DNA of 64,000 nt from assembly GCF_009914755.1 (NCBI RefSeq), contig NC_060928.1; one strand, given 5' to 3'. The number at the start of each line of letters is the position of its first letter. Position 1 is the stretch's first letter. A program made the translations under genes and the position numbers. The DNA is from the human T2T-CHM13v2.0 reference genome, Homo sapiens. The notes under the pieces are model-generated. The model did no database searches. It had not been told where the DNA came from and saw only the letters and a list, made by a program, of their open reading frames with translations. Positions 10,626-24,123 of this stretch are shown here, one piece after another.

Positions 10626-13606
10626 CTAAGGGTGATGGTGAGTGGTGCCACTTCCACTTCCACCCTTTGATTCCTGTACCCGTGAATCCTGGCTATGGGA
10701 GAAACAGTACCATATTTGATGCTGATTCAGAGCATACACGGCCTTCTGGACAACTTTGCCCCAGTCCTGCAAAGTATTGTCACCTAGTTGCCATTGTAAT
10801 TGTGACTTCAAAAGGCCATTCCAATGTTCTATCAATCCAGCTGCTTCAGGATAATGGGGAACATGGTAAGACCATTGAATTCCATGAACATGAGCCCACT
10901 GCCACACTTCTTTAGCCGTAAAAGTGAGTGCCTTGGTCAGAGGAAATGCTGTGTGGGATACCAGGGCTGTGGATAAGGCATTCTATGAATCCACGGTTGA
11001 TGGTTTTGGCAGAAGCATTGCCTGCAGGATAGGCAAACCCATATCTGGAGTAAGTGTCTATTCTAGTGAGGACAAACCTCTGCCCTTTCCATGGTGGAGG
11101 AGGTTCAGTATAATCAAGCTGCCACCAGGTAGCTGGCTGATCACCCTGAGAAATGGTGCCATATCGAGGGCTCACTGTTGGTCTCTGCTGTTGGCAAATT
11201 GGACACTCAGCAGTAGCTGCAGCCAGGTCAGCCTTGGTGAGTGGAAGTCCATGTTGCTGAGCCCGTATGTCACATCCATCCCTGCCACCATGGCCACTTT
11301 GCTTATGGGCCCATTGGGCGATAACATGGGTGGCTAGGGAAAGAGGCTAAGTGGTATCCACAGAATGGGTCATTCTATCCACTTGATTATGAAACTCCTT
11401 CTCTGCTGAGGTCATCCATTGGTAAGCACTCACATGGTATACAAATATCTTCACAGTTTTTGTCCACTCAGAGAGGTCCATTCACATACCTCTTCCCCAG
11501 ATTTCTTTGTTACCAATTTTCCAATCATGCTTCTTCCAAGTCCCTGACCATCCAGCCAAACCATTGGCTATAGCCCATGAATCAGTATATAATCACACAT
11601 CTGGCCATTTCTCCTTCCATGCAAAATGCACAACCAGGTGTACTGCTCAAAGTTCTGCCCACTGGGAAGATTCTCCTTCACAGCTGTCCTTCAGGGATGT
11701 CCTAGGAAGGGGCTGTAGTGCTGTAGCTGTCCACTTTTGGGTGGTTCCCGCATATCGTGCAGAATCATCTGCGAACCAGGCCCTAGTCTTCTCTTCCTCT
11801 GTCAACTGATCATAGAGAACTCCATGTTAGGCCATCAGTGTTGGCTGGGGGAGAGAAGCTAGGGTGGCAGGAGTGGATACTATGGGCATTGGAGCCACGT
11901 CCTCATGTAACTTATTTGTGCTTTCAGGAACTGCTTGAGCCTGATCACATATATATCACCTCCATTTGATGATTGAATGCTTCTGTGTATGACCTACTTT
12001 ATGGCTAGATGGGCCAGAAAGCACCCAGTTCATAATAGGCAGTTCAGGTCACATGGTGGCTTGATGACCCACAGTCAAATGTTCAGTTTCTACCAAAGCG
12101 CAGTAACAGGTCAAGAACTACCTCTCAAAAGGAGAGTAGTTATCTGCAGAAGATAGCAGGGACTTACTCCAAAATTGTAAAGGCCTCCACTGTGATTCAC
12201 CTATGGGGGCCTGCCAAGGGCTCCAAATAGCATCCCTATCTGCCACTGACACCCATATGCTGGGTCATATGGCCCAAGTGGCAGAGCAGCTTGCACAGCA
12301 TCCTGGACCTGTTGTAGGGCCTTCTCCTGTTCTGGACCCCACTCAAAACTAGCAGCCTTTTGGGTCACTTGATAAATGGGCCAAAGAAACACACCCAAAT
12401 GAGGAATGTGTTGCCTCCAAAATCCAAATAGGCCCACTAGGTGTTGTGTCTCTTTCTTGGCTGTAGGAGGGGCCAAATGCAGTAACTTATCCTTCACCTT
12501 AGAAGGAATATCTGGACAAGCCCCACACCACTGGACCCCTAGAAATTTTACTAAGGTAGAAAGTTCCTGAATTTGAGTCAGATTTATTTCCCATCCTCTG
12601 GCATGCAGATGTCTCTCCAGTAAGTCCAGTGAGTTTGCTACTTCTTGCTCACTGGATCCAATCAGCATAATGTCATCAATGCAGTTGACCAGCGTCATAT
12701 CTTGTGGAAGTGAAAAGTGATCAAGATCTCTGTGAATAAGATGATGACACAAAGCCGCAAAGCCGGAGGGTTGATATACATCTGAGGTAGGACAGAAAAG
12801 GTATATTACTGGCCTAGCTGGCTGAAGGCAGATTGCTTCTGATGGGCCTTATGAACAGGAATAGAGAAAAAGGCATTTGCCAAGTCCATGGGTGCATACC
12901 AGGTACCAGGAGATGTGTTAATTTGCCCAAGCAATGAAATCACACCTGGTACAGCAGCTGCAATTGGAGTCACCACTTGGTTAAGCTCACGATAATTCAT
13001 TGTCATTCTCCAAGACCCACCTGTCTTCTGCAGAGGCCAAATGGGAGAGTTGAATGGGTATTTGGTGGGAATCACCAACCCTGCATCTTTCAAGTCCTTG
13101 GTGGTAGCACGAATCTCCACAATTCCTCTAGAGATGCAATATTGCTTTTGATTTACTATTTTTCTAGGTACAGGCAGCTCTAATGGCTTCCATTTGGCCT
13201 TTCCCACCATAATAGCCCTCACCCTACCAGTCAGGGAGCCAATATGGGGGTTCTGCCAGCTGCTAAGTATGTCTATGCCGATTATGCCCTCTGACACTGG
13301 GGAAATGACCACAAGACAAGTCCGCGGACCCACTGGACCCACTGTAAGTTGGACCTGAGCTAAAACGCTATTAATTATGTGACTTCCATAGGCTCCTGCT
13401 TTAACTGGAGGACCACAATGACATTTTGGGTCCCCTGGAACCATCATCAGCTCAGAGCCAATGTCCAATAGTCCTCGAAATGTCTGATCATTTCCTTTTC
13501 CCCAATGAACAGTTACCCTGGTAAAAGGCCAGAGGTATCCTTGCGGAAGAATGAGAGAAAGATTCACTGCATAAATTGTCAGTGATGTAGTGAGGTCCTT
13601 TCTCAA
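10626..13606 (-). pseudogene. pol: HERV-L pro-pol, frameshifted and disrupted
   Basis: Protease GLLDIGSEL (DTG to DIG); RT WRMTMNYRELN, DLANAFFSIP, CIDD (YIDD mutated), VKFLG; integrase WQLDY, SSDQGTHF, GLIEHWNG; split over several ORFs. Confidence 0.93.
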
Positions 13607-13619
13607 GGGGACCTAGCCT

Positions 13620-15330
13620 CCCTTTTATTCAAAGGGTTCTGGGTCTGTAAACTGGCTCAAGTCCAGAAATTGATTGAGGGGCCATGATTCTGTTTTTATA
13701 ATTCAAATTAGTGTTTTGTCTATTCGACCTAGAAGTTTTCAGCTTATATAAATTAAGTAGAAATACAGTGGACTTTCTATCAACTTCACTTCTAGGAACA
13801 CCATGATTAATTAGCCAATGCCAGAGCTCTACACAGGTCAGACTCTGATTGCTGCTTTGTCTCTCCTTTTCATTGTGATAGCTATGCCCCCCTTGCCTTT
13901 GACAGTTGAGTGCTGTCACTTGGCCCTTGCCACCTCAGGATCCAATTACTTCCACTGTATTTAAATTTTGTAGTTGAGTGACTGTGGTTCCCACTTTTAG
14001 ATCTGACATACAGAGAAAAGCAATTACAGGGCTCTTCAAAGATGCAGGTGCTGCCCTCACAAATCTATTTCACAAAACATTGGTCAAGGGTATATCTTCT
14101 GGACCCTCCCAGCTGAGATGAGTAGGTCTAAAATGACTAATTCAGTCCACCATTCCAATCCCCTAAGTCTTTGGATCTCTTCCTCTACATTAAACTCAGG
14201 GAGATCAGGCATTTCCAGCTTGCTCACAGTGGGCCATCTTTTAATCCATATTTCAGCTAGCCAAGTAAATAAACTATTAAAACATTTTTTAACTCTCTAA
14301 GCTGCAACATTAAATTCGGAGTCCCTAATTAGTGGCCCCAAATCAATAAATTCGGCCTGATCTAACTCTATGTTCCTTCCACCATTATCCCACACCCTTA
14401 ATATCCATTTCCATACCTGTTCACCAGATTTCTGCTTATATAAATTAGAAAACTCAAGCAGTTCTTTTCGAATGTAGCTCATCTCCTCCTGCATCACACT
14501 CTCAACCTCACCTTTGGGGGCCTGCCAGGACTTTAGTTATAGGTCTAGAAGCAAACAGGGGTGTTAGGGGTAGCTCTTGAGGAGTATCAACATTATCTTG
14601 CCTGGAAACTGCCTCAGAGGAGTCTTATTTCCTCCGACAAAGGTGGAAAGACTGATGGTAGAATGGGTTGGCGAGGGGATTTTGCCATCACTAGGGATGG
14701 GGAAGCTGTTTCTTCTGGCAAAAAAGATTCATCAGAATTTACAAACTCAGTGTGCCCAGCTTCCTCAGGATCCTCCCACATGTTTCCATTCCAAGTTGCA
14801 GGGTCGCATTCTTTTCCAATCAATGCCCTCACTTTAACACTAGACACCTGATGAGGCTGTACATGCACCTTTCATTGCAGTTTGGCCACTCACATGATAA
14901 GAGCTTTTGTCTGTTTCTTCACAATTTCAGCTCTTTCTCTACTGGAGATAAGACTCTCACTCAGGGCAATCTTAGCAGATTTGAGGCTCAGTATCTGCTT
15001 CTAAAGCCAGGAGATAGAATTCCTGTGTTTATCATTTTCTGTCATCATTTTGTCCACTGAATTTAGGAGCAAACAACTAGCTTCACTATGTTCCTTGGTT
15101 CTCCACATATGGCCAAAGGTATTATGTATACAGTCACTAAACTCCTTGCCTCTCACAGGCAATGAATCAGGAGTGTCAAATGTATTTATTTTGCATAACT
15201 CTCTAAAACGTCCATGCCAATGACTATCAGTGTTCTCTATACTATTAGAAGTAGAGTCTTTAGCATTTTGAGGTCTAATCATATTAAGCAGCCAACTCCA
15301 GAAACCCCAAAACCAATGAAAGAACTCCAT
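13620..15330 (-). pseudogene. gag: HERV-L gag, disrupted
   Basis: Fragments GFWSWLLNMIRPQNAKDSTSNS, KVRALIGKECDPATWNG, WILRVWDNGGRNIELDQAEFIDLG, LWHWLINHGVPRSEVD in different frames. Confidence 0.88.
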
Positions 15331-15351
15331 ATTTAACATTCCATTCTTCTA

Positions 15352-15369
15352 GAACCACTTCTGGTACCA
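15352..15369 (-). promoter_or_regulatory. Primer binding site, tRNA-Leu
   Basis: Minus strand TGGTACCAGAAGTGGTTC, 5 nt after the 5' LTR; near-complement of the tRNA-Leu(TAA) 3' end. Confidence 0.85.
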
Positions 15370-15374
15370 AAATC

Positions 15375-15820
15375 TGTATTAATCAGGGTTCTCTAGAGGG
15401 ACAGAACTAATGGAATATATATATATAATATATATATAATTAAGTATTAACTCACATGATCACAAGGTCCCACAATAGGCTGTCTGCAGGCTGAGGAGCA
15501 AGGAGAGCCAGTCCAAGTTCCCAAACTGAAGAACTTGGAGTCCAGTGTTTGAGGCAGGAAGCATCCAGCACAGGAGAAAGATGTAGGCTGGGAGGCTAGG
15601 GCAGTCTCTGTTTTCACATTTTTCTACCTGTTTATATTCTAGCCACACTGGCAGCTGATTAGATTTTGCCCACCCAGATTAAGGGTGGGTCTGCCTTTCT
15701 CAGTCCACTGACTCAAATGTTAATCTCTTTTGGCAACACCCTCACAGACAAACCCAGGATCGATACTTTATATCCTTCAATTCAATCCAATCAAATTGAT
15801 GCTCAGTATTAACCATTGCA
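15375..15820 (-). mobile_element. MLT2A (probably MLT2A1) 5' LTR of HERV-L
   Basis: tgtattaatcagggttctctagaggg...attaaccattgca; TG...CA termini; homologous to 9279-9733. Confidence 0.95.
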
Positions 15821-17512
15821 AATGCTTAGGTTGTTTCCATATCTTAGGTATTGTGAATGGTGCAATGAACTCAGGAAAGCAGATACTCTTCAACATATGA
15901 ATTCAGACAAATACCCAGAACTGGAATTGGTAAATCACATGATAGTTCTATTTTTAATTTAAGAAACCTTCATACTGTTTTCCATAATGACTGTACTAAT
16001 TTACATTTCCACCAACAGTGTGCAAATGTTTGCTTTCCTCCACATCTTCCCCAACACTTGCTATCTCTTATCTTTTTGATAACAGCTATCCTAGCACATG
16101 TGAAGTAATATCTCATTGTGATTTTAATTTGCATTCCCTGATGATTAGTGATACTGAGTAGTTTTTAATATACCTGATGGCTATTTGTATATCTTCTTTT
16201 GAAAAATGTCTTTTCAGGTCTGTGGACCATTTAAACAATTCAGTTATCTATTTTCTTGCTATTGAGTGGATATTGTGTACTTATATATTTTGGATATTGA
16301 CCACTTATCAAATGTACAGCTCACAGATACATTTTCTCATTCCATAGGTTGTCACTTCACTCTGTTGTTTGTTTCCTTTGCTGTGTCCAAGCTTTTTAGT
16401 TTGATGCAAACCCTTTGTTGCCTCAACTTTTGGGATTATCTCCAAAAAACTAACTGCCCAGACCAATGTCAAGTAGATTTTTCCCTATGCTTTCCTTTAG
16501 TAGTTTCAGTTACAGATCTTACATGTATGCCTTTAGTCAATTTTGAGTTAATTCTTTTTTTTTTTTTTTTTGGCATATGGGTATTCAGTATTCCCAGCAT
16601 CATCTGTTGAAGAGACAGTGTTTTCTCCATTGTGCATTCTTGGCACCTTTCTCAAGGATCAGTTGACTATTACATGTGCAACTTTATTTCTGGACTCTTC
16701 TGTTTCATTGAAGTTTATGTCTAACAGTACCATGCTGTTTTGATTACTAGACCTTTGTAATATATTTTGAAATCAGGTAGTGTGAAGCCTCTAGTTTTGC
16801 TCTTTTTGCTCAGGACTGCTTTGGCTACTCAGGGTCTTCTGTGTTTCTCTTAGAATTTCAGGATTTTTTTTTTCTATCTCTGTGAAAATTGTCACTGAAA
16901 TTTTGATAGAGATTGCATTGAATCTGTAGATCTCTTTGGGTTGTATGGACATTTTAACAATATTTATTGGTTCAATCTAGGAATACTGATTGAATATAAA
17001 ATATTGTTAAAAAAATTGAAGAGTTTTCAGTTTACAGATCTTTTACCTCTTTAGTTAGATTTATTCCAAAATATTTTATTTTTCTCAATGCTACATTAAG
17101 TATGATTTTTTCAAAATTTCCTTTTTGGATGGTTTTTTATTAATGTATAGAAATACTACTGATTTTGATGTTGAATTTGTGTTCTGTAATTTTACTAAAT
17201 TTGTTTATTCTAACAGTTTTTTGGTGGAGTTTTGAGGGTTTCCTCTATATAAAATCATGTCATCTGTAAAGAGTGGCAATTTAACTTTTTCCTTTCAAAT
17301 TTAGATGACTTTTACTTCTTTTTCTTGTCTAATTGCTCTAGCTAGGATTTTACCATGTTGAATAAAAACAATAAGAGTGGGCATCTTTGTCTTGTTCTTG
17401 ATTTTAAAGGAAATGCTTTCAACTTTCCATCATTGAGTATGATGTTTGTTATAAACTTTTTATTTATGGCTTTTATTGTGTTGAGGTACATTTTTTCTTT
17501 ACCTAGTTTGGA
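15821..17512 (-). mobile_element. L1MA ORF2 3' portion (host of HERV-L), right piece
   Basis: Continuous antisense L1 ORF2 sequence (ttaggttgtttccat...agagtgggcatctttgtcttgttc). Confidence 0.92.
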
Positions 17513-18049
17513 GGGAGTTTGTTTTTGTTTTTTTTTTTAAACTCCCATTCTCATTTAAAAAAAAAAAAACTCCCATTCTCATTTTAAACACCATTTAGTA
17601 ACATCTCATTTTTAGTACCAATTTCTAATTTTTCCCCTACATGTCGTTTTCTTATAAAGTATTAAATCCTTGAGCAAGGTAGGATGGCTGACTTTACAAT
17701 TATCGATGACACTGAAGAGATAATTGAAGAGCAGAGATCTCTGCCAGCCCCCAAGGAGTGTGTGTGTTATCAGAATGAAGGCAGAAAATGTAGCCTGCTC
17801 TGGTAAGCATTTTGATAGTGAAAGAAGGCAGAGTTAGGCTGTTTTCTTCAAAGGTATAGAGTTGGATAAGATATTTTTCTAACATAAAAGAGACCTGAGA
17901 ACGTATATGCAGAGAAGTATACTGTGTATACAAAAATAAGGAAAAATGTAAGAAGAAAATGGAAGAGTAGATGCAGAAGGTCTCAGGGAAGACAAGAAAA
18001 AATGGAAATAGGAGATTGTAGGATTTACCTGAAAAAGGTGGAGGGCCAC

Positions 18050-18431
18050 TGTATTAATTCATTCTTATACTGCTATGAAGAAATACCTGAGACTAGGTAA
18101 TTTATAAAGGAAAGAGGTTTAATTGACTTACAGATCCACATGGCTGGGGACGCCTCAATAAACTTACAATAATGGCAGATGGCAAAGGAGAAGCAGGCAC
18201 TTTCTTCACAGGTTGGCAAGATGGAGTGAGTGCAAGCAGGGGAAATGACAGATGGTTATAAAACCACCAGATCTCCTGAAATTCACTCACTGTCGTGAGA
18301 ACAGCACAGCACGGGGAAACCACCCTCATGGTCAGATTACCTCTATCTGGTCCCACCCTTGACACATGGGGATTACGGGGATTACAATTTGAGGTGAGAT
18401 TTGGGTGGGGACACAGAGCCAAATCATATCA
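18050..18431 (-). mobile_element. THE1 (THE1D-like) MaLR solo LTR
   Basis: tgtatta...ggggacacagagccaaatcatatca; perfect 5-bp TSD gccac (18045-18049, 18432-18436). Confidence 0.93.
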
Positions 18432-18669
18432 GCCACCTTCTCCCAGACACAGGAAGGAAGTTCAAAGTCTACCTAAAAATAACAAAAAACATAGGGTGGA
18501 TAAGGCAGGGTTGTTAACCAAAAAAATTTTGAGAGGGAGAGAGGAAAAAAATTACACTGGATTACAAGAAAGTTTAAAAGAGAATCTTTTGCAAATGTTA
18601 CTAGGAACCAGCAAGTGATAAATAAAATAAACTTTAAAAATAGTCTTGAAATAGTGAAGAATTAATTCC

Positions 18670-18941
18670 GTTTGTTTTTTTTTTTGTTTTTGTTTTTTTG
18701 AGACAGAGTCTCACTCTGTTGCCGAGGCTGGAATGCAATGGTGCCATCTTGGCTCACTGCAAACTCCGCCTCCTGGGTTCAAGCAATTCTCCTGCCTCAG
18801 CCTCCTGAGTAGCTGGGATTACAGGTGCCCACCACCACGCCTGGCTAATTTTTGTATTTTTAGTAGAGAAAGGGTTTCTCCATGTTGGCCAGGCTGGTCT
18901 CGAACTCCTGACCTCAGGCCTCAGCCTCCCAAAGTGCTGGC
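18670..18941 (-). mobile_element. AluS, slightly 5'-truncated
   Basis: Antisense Alu with T-rich tail; aattaattc duplicated on both flanks. Confidence 0.95.
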
Positions 18942-18944
18942 AAT

Positions 18945-20235
18945 TAATTCTTAATGGATTCATTATTCCCAAATCTTGGTTTCTGAGCATCATTTTCCTC
19001 TAAAAGAAATTAGAGAAATAAATGATTCCAGAGATGGGCATAAAGAATATAAGAGAAACTGGAATATCTTGCTGTGCCTGAAAATAAAAAGTGCTGAGAA
19101 AATCAAGAGGACAAGTAAAAAGTACAAAAAGGCCAGAGTAAAGTGGGTCCCAGAAGACAAATCTGAGACAATTTGATCTTCTAATAAATAATGACACTAA
19201 TGAGTTATAATCCATTGAATAAAATAATAATACATGAGCCCATACTGGTAATAAGTGAAAAAAAAATAAACATTTAGGGAGAAAACACAGCACAATGTCA
19301 TCTAATAAAAGTAGAAGAAATGAATCAGTTAGCCAAATAACCATTGTGCAATCACCATAATAATAATAGAATCAGGCAAGAATCAACAATGGACACTAAA
19401 ACTAGTCTATAAAAATTTCATGAGGAAAATAATATTTGAAGTATCTCCTTACAAATTATTTATTAATTAACATGGGAAAATATTAACTAAGTGGAAAAAT
19501 GTGACAGTCATCACTTTAACCAAGCAATCAAAATCAAAATTACTAAAACTGGGACAAACCAATTGACATAATGTGCCTCTTGATATGCTGTACTGAGAAG
19601 AACACAAAATTACATTAATGGCATCCCTGCCTAAAAATGTGTACTTAAATCTAATCATTAGAAAACATTAGACACACTGAACTGAAGACTATTCTACAGC
19701 ATAATTAGTCTGTATTCTTTAAAATTGTTAGTGTCATGAAGGACAAAGAGAGGCTAACAAATGATTCCAGATTAAAAGAACCTACAGAAACACACCCAAA
19801 AAATTAAATGTGTGATCTTGCATTTCATCAATCATGAAAAATAAAATCTATAAATAATAAATTAGAAAAATTTAAATATTGACTATAAATAATAGTGTTT
19901 ATTAGTATTAAATTTCCTGACTTTTATAATTTTACTATGATTACCTAGGCTAATGCCTTTGTTCTTAGAAAATATATGTAATGCTAAAACTTTTAGGTAT
20001 AGAGGCTTTATGTCTATAATCTCAGTGTTAATTCCAATTTCTTTTTTATTCTAATTTTTATTTTTCTTTGCTCTTATGTGGTTCAGAAAAAAATATGCTT
20101 ATATAGAAAGAAGAAAATTATAAGGCAAATGTAGCAAAATGTTGATTTATGAATCAGATTGAAGGATATATGAGAGTTCTTAATATTATTTCTGAAATTT
20201 TCTGAAAGTATGAAGTTATTGCAAAATAAAAGGTA
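18945..20235 (+). mobile_element. Old L1 (L1MC-like) 3' region
   Basis: Recalled L1MC4/5 3'UTR phrases (aatctaatcattagaaaacattagaca..., gtcatgaaggacaaagagaggct); probably also extends left of the Alu. Confidence 0.65.
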
Positions 20236-20693
20236 AAAACAATAAGATTTACAACCAAGCAAGCAATAAATTAGCACCTGCTAGACACCAGGCCTGGGCC
20301 AAATGCTGGCCATACAGAACTATAAACTACAAATTCCTGGTCTCAGATGGTTCCGAGTTTGTAGGAGGAAACAGACAGAGAAACCAGCACTCAGGACTCT
20401 GTGAAATCAACACTATAGCTCATAAACATCCCTTGAGCTGGAAGGTGAGGTTAAAAGGTAGGTTGGTGCATTTTATTTCTCTCCTCAAAATGTTCAAAGG
20501 GCTTCCTCTTGCCTACCAGAACAAAACAAAACTTCAAATATGTTAGCTCAATGGGTTTTCTCTCAGTTTTTCTAAGCCCAGTTGACTGTTATTGGCTGCC
20601 TGGAGTTCTTTTAAGAAATGTTCTGAGGCCATGACATGCACTGAGGTGCAGGGATGCATCTGCCACAGCACTAGGGATTTGAGGTCACCGCCC

Positions 20694-21124
20694 CTATTAG
20701 TCTCCTAGGACTGCTCTAGCAAAGTACCAAAAATTATATGGATGAACAACAAAGATGCATTGTCTCACAGCTCTGGAGGTCTGAGATGTTGGCCAGCTGG
20801 CTCCTTGTTAAGGCCGTGAGACAGAAATGGCTCCATGCATCTCACCTCATTTCTGTGGGAGTTGCTGACAATCTTTGCTGTACCTGGGCTTGTTGACGCA
20901 TCACCTCAATCTCTGCCTTTGTGTTCACATAACATTCCCAGTGTATGTCTCTCTATCCAATTTTCCCACTTCATAAGGACTCAGTCATGTTGGACTAGGG
21001 CTCATCCTAAAAACCCCATCTTAGATCACCCGCAAAGACCCTATTTCCAAATAAGGTGACATTCACAGGTACTGAGGCTTAGGATTTTAACATCTTTTGG
21101 ATGGACACAATTCAACCGCTAAGA
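20694..21124 (-). mobile_element. MLT1 (B/C-like) MaLR LTR
   Basis: tattagtctcctaggactgc...caaagaccctatttccaaataaggtgacattcacaggtactg...ggacacaattcaacc. Confidence 0.85.
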
Positions 21125-21399
21125 CTGCTTCTCTGTGATATTCGCAGCTTTCAAAGACTTTTTTCCCAAACTATGTTTCCAATCTTATTTCATATTCCTT
21201 TCTACAAAATCATCTGTTCCAGATAAACTACTGTAAGTCTCCTTGAAATATTTTCTTCCTAGATCTGATCACGGCTAGTACATTCCCCTCCTTCCATTCA
21301 CAGTTTGTAACACTCTCAGTTACTCTTTAACACTTCATGTTGCTCGATTTCCTTCGTGGAGTTTATACTTTGATTTTTTTTAAATATATTTACTTTTTT

Positions 21400-21535
21400 G
21401 TTATCTACCTCTTGCTGCTAGACTGTAAGTTTCTTGAAAGCAAGGGTGCTGTCTGTTAGGGTGACTACCATAGCCTCAGGGTCAAGCTCAGCTTCTGGCA
21501 TATAGCAGATGCTCAGCATTTCGGCAAGTGCAATA
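21400..21535. mobile_element. L2 3' fragment
   Basis: tagactgtaagtttcttgaaagcaaggg...tggcatatagcagatgctca. Confidence 0.6.
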
Positions 21536-24123
21536 AGTACAAGGACCATTTAAGTTTTCGTTGCGTGTTTTCTTATTTTGCCCAGATTCTGGTTCACTGG
21601 CCCAAACTAGGCATTCTAGGTTTTGGATAAGTATATACATCGGAGCAACCAAAATGACAGTAACAAGAGGTGACCAACAATAGGATATTATTACTTGAAG
21701 GCAAACTAAATGAGCATCTTTTCATGGTTACAAATAGCAAAGAGGATAAAAACTCAGCTGGAAGTAAAATGGAAATGTACAAACAGTAAAACACAGGAAA
21801 ACAAGAAAACCAACAAAATCTGTAACATGGAAAATTGCTTAAAAGCCTTCATAAAGGCTTATGAATCTACCTTGTTGTGCACCCAAATGGTCAACATTGG
21901 AAAAAAACACTTGCAGAAAATATTCATTTTGGATCCATTTCTTGTTGCTGTTGCCCAACTTGCTTTTGTACAAATTGTTTGGTTCTAAGTGCATTCAGCC
22001 TCGGTGCTTTTGTGTGTTTATTTTCTTGCTAATAAACAAGGGCATGCAAAGGCCACTTATTAAATCATTTAATGTTAGTGACTATTACTATTATTATTAC
22101 TGCTCTTTACCGTATCTAATTGGAAGGTGGAAAAGGAAATGGATGCTCAAAAGTCTTAAGTGCCTGATTCAAGGTTAGAGAGTCCAGAGGGCTCCTTCTT
22201 TCCCTGGTCCACACCATCTTTTTAGATTTTATTTGTTCAGTCATAATCTGAAACCAAACTCACTTGGGATGGAGTGCCTAGGGTCTCATTTTGCCTAGCT
22301 TTCTGAGACTCACACTGCTAAGCTGTAAAGTTATCCCATGTGACTCAGCTGCCTGCTGTACTGCCAGTTGACAGAGTCACATGGTCAATTCCTATCAGCA
22401 AGGAATGTCACCATTCCTGGTTTAGTCACCTGTGTGTCAGTGAAGCAAGAGGGCCCCAAAGGTAAAATTGCAGTCACATTGATATAATTACTCAGCTGTT
22501 CTGTCCATGCACTGGATAGCAAAAGACGGCATGACACTCAAAAACAGACCCTATGTGACAGAGAAAAACAACTATTGATGAAAAATGCATTAGGGGATGA
22601 GAATGTGTCTTGAGTTTGATTTTTGAGCAGTGCTTGTCAAAAGCCCAGACTTAAGAGCTGCCATATGAGCAGGTAGTTATAGTTGTAATATATTTTAATG
22701 ATAGCATGTGTGTGTAAAGGGCAGAAGATGGACTCTCACTGAGTTCATGGATGACAATGTTGAATTGGTAAGCTGCCTTCTAAGGAAAAGAGGAAACCTC
22801 CCCGCAACATAACAAGATACCCACAGTCTAATATAAGCTTTGTATACAATGACATATTTATCATACCTTCCCTGCCATCCATTCATATCTCTCCTCTTGT
22901 CGTCTTGGGTGGCCTTTTGCATAATGGTAAGCAATGTATCACTTATACACTCGAAACAGAAGTATATACTTTTTTAATATGCAAGTCTAATGGTTCCATT
23001 TGACAGAACAAATCCCAGTGATCTATCTTGTCTCTCAAATTGATCCAACATATTGTGGCGTTCAGGCCGAGTTACTTCCTGCTAATAATTTCTTAACAGA
23101 AAATGGAAAGACAATAGCATTAGTAAATCAAACCAAATGTGTGATTAAATGCTGCTTGAATATCAGGCATTTGTTTCAGTTCCACCAGCCTGACTCCATT
23201 GCAGCCCAGGCAGAGAAGGTCGTGTCATTTGCATGATACAGCAAGGTGCATTCTGCAAATCACCTTAAATTATCAACCGCTATGAGCAAACTGGTTGCTG
23301 GTATGTAACATTCATACATCAAAGGCAAACCTCCAGTGAGAATACACCTTGATTTCTCATTTAAGAGAGTACACTCCTTGTTGCCTTAGCAATACTTGCC
23401 TTTTCCCAAATCCAATCACACTAGTTTCAGGTTTTTCTAGATTTAGCCATCCTGGCAAACTGGCAGCAAACTCATACTTAAAAACGTTTACATTTTCTGT
23501 ATCCATCTCAACACTAGAGACACTTTATATTGCCCATTTCCACAGAATTCTTGGCTTTAAAGCTGAGATTGTAAACATTCTAAACTACAGCTTTAAATCA
23601 CATGAGATCTAAGTTTTCTTTTGGTCTGTATTTCTGATCTCAGTTTGAACAATTGTTCTACCTTCTTTCAGTGTGCAGTTTTGATGACTTGGGTCAGGGA
23701 TGCATCTGAATTGCATGATGGTACCTAGGTGCTGTTACACACTGTGGAACACCTTTCTGTGAGTGACACATCCATACATTAGGTATCTGAACTGTCAGGA
23801 ATGACATGAGTAATGCAGTTGCTGGTAAAGTGTGAGCACTCACAGTGTCTGTGTGTGGGAGGATGCCTTCCAATTCTTCATGTAGATAGCTGCCTCAGGG
23901 TCTCATTGAGAAAGCCTCAATTTAAAGGGAGAAAAGCCACCTCTATGGGACAGAAGATATCTATCCATTCAATCACTACAAATATTTGTGGGTATGTAAA
24001 ATGTACAGATGTGTATCAATAGATATCGGCGCAATGAATTAATTTAATTATAATCCTTGGTTTATGGCCCATGTCGTCTTTCTTAAATTATCCTCTCTTA
24101 ATTTGTCAATTTATTTTAGTTAG

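Larger units (their letters stand above)
9734..15374 (-). mobile_element. HERV-L internal region (gag-pro-pol-dUTPase, no env)
   Basis: Colinear minus-strand ORF fragments for Gag, protease, RT, integrase and dUTPase between paired LTRs; only ~540 bp between dUTPase and the 3' LTR. Confidence 0.96.

Noticed and set aside
10924-11809. Plus-strand ORFs of 100-137 aa
   Set aside because: Antisense shadows of HERV-L pol with no recognisable motifs
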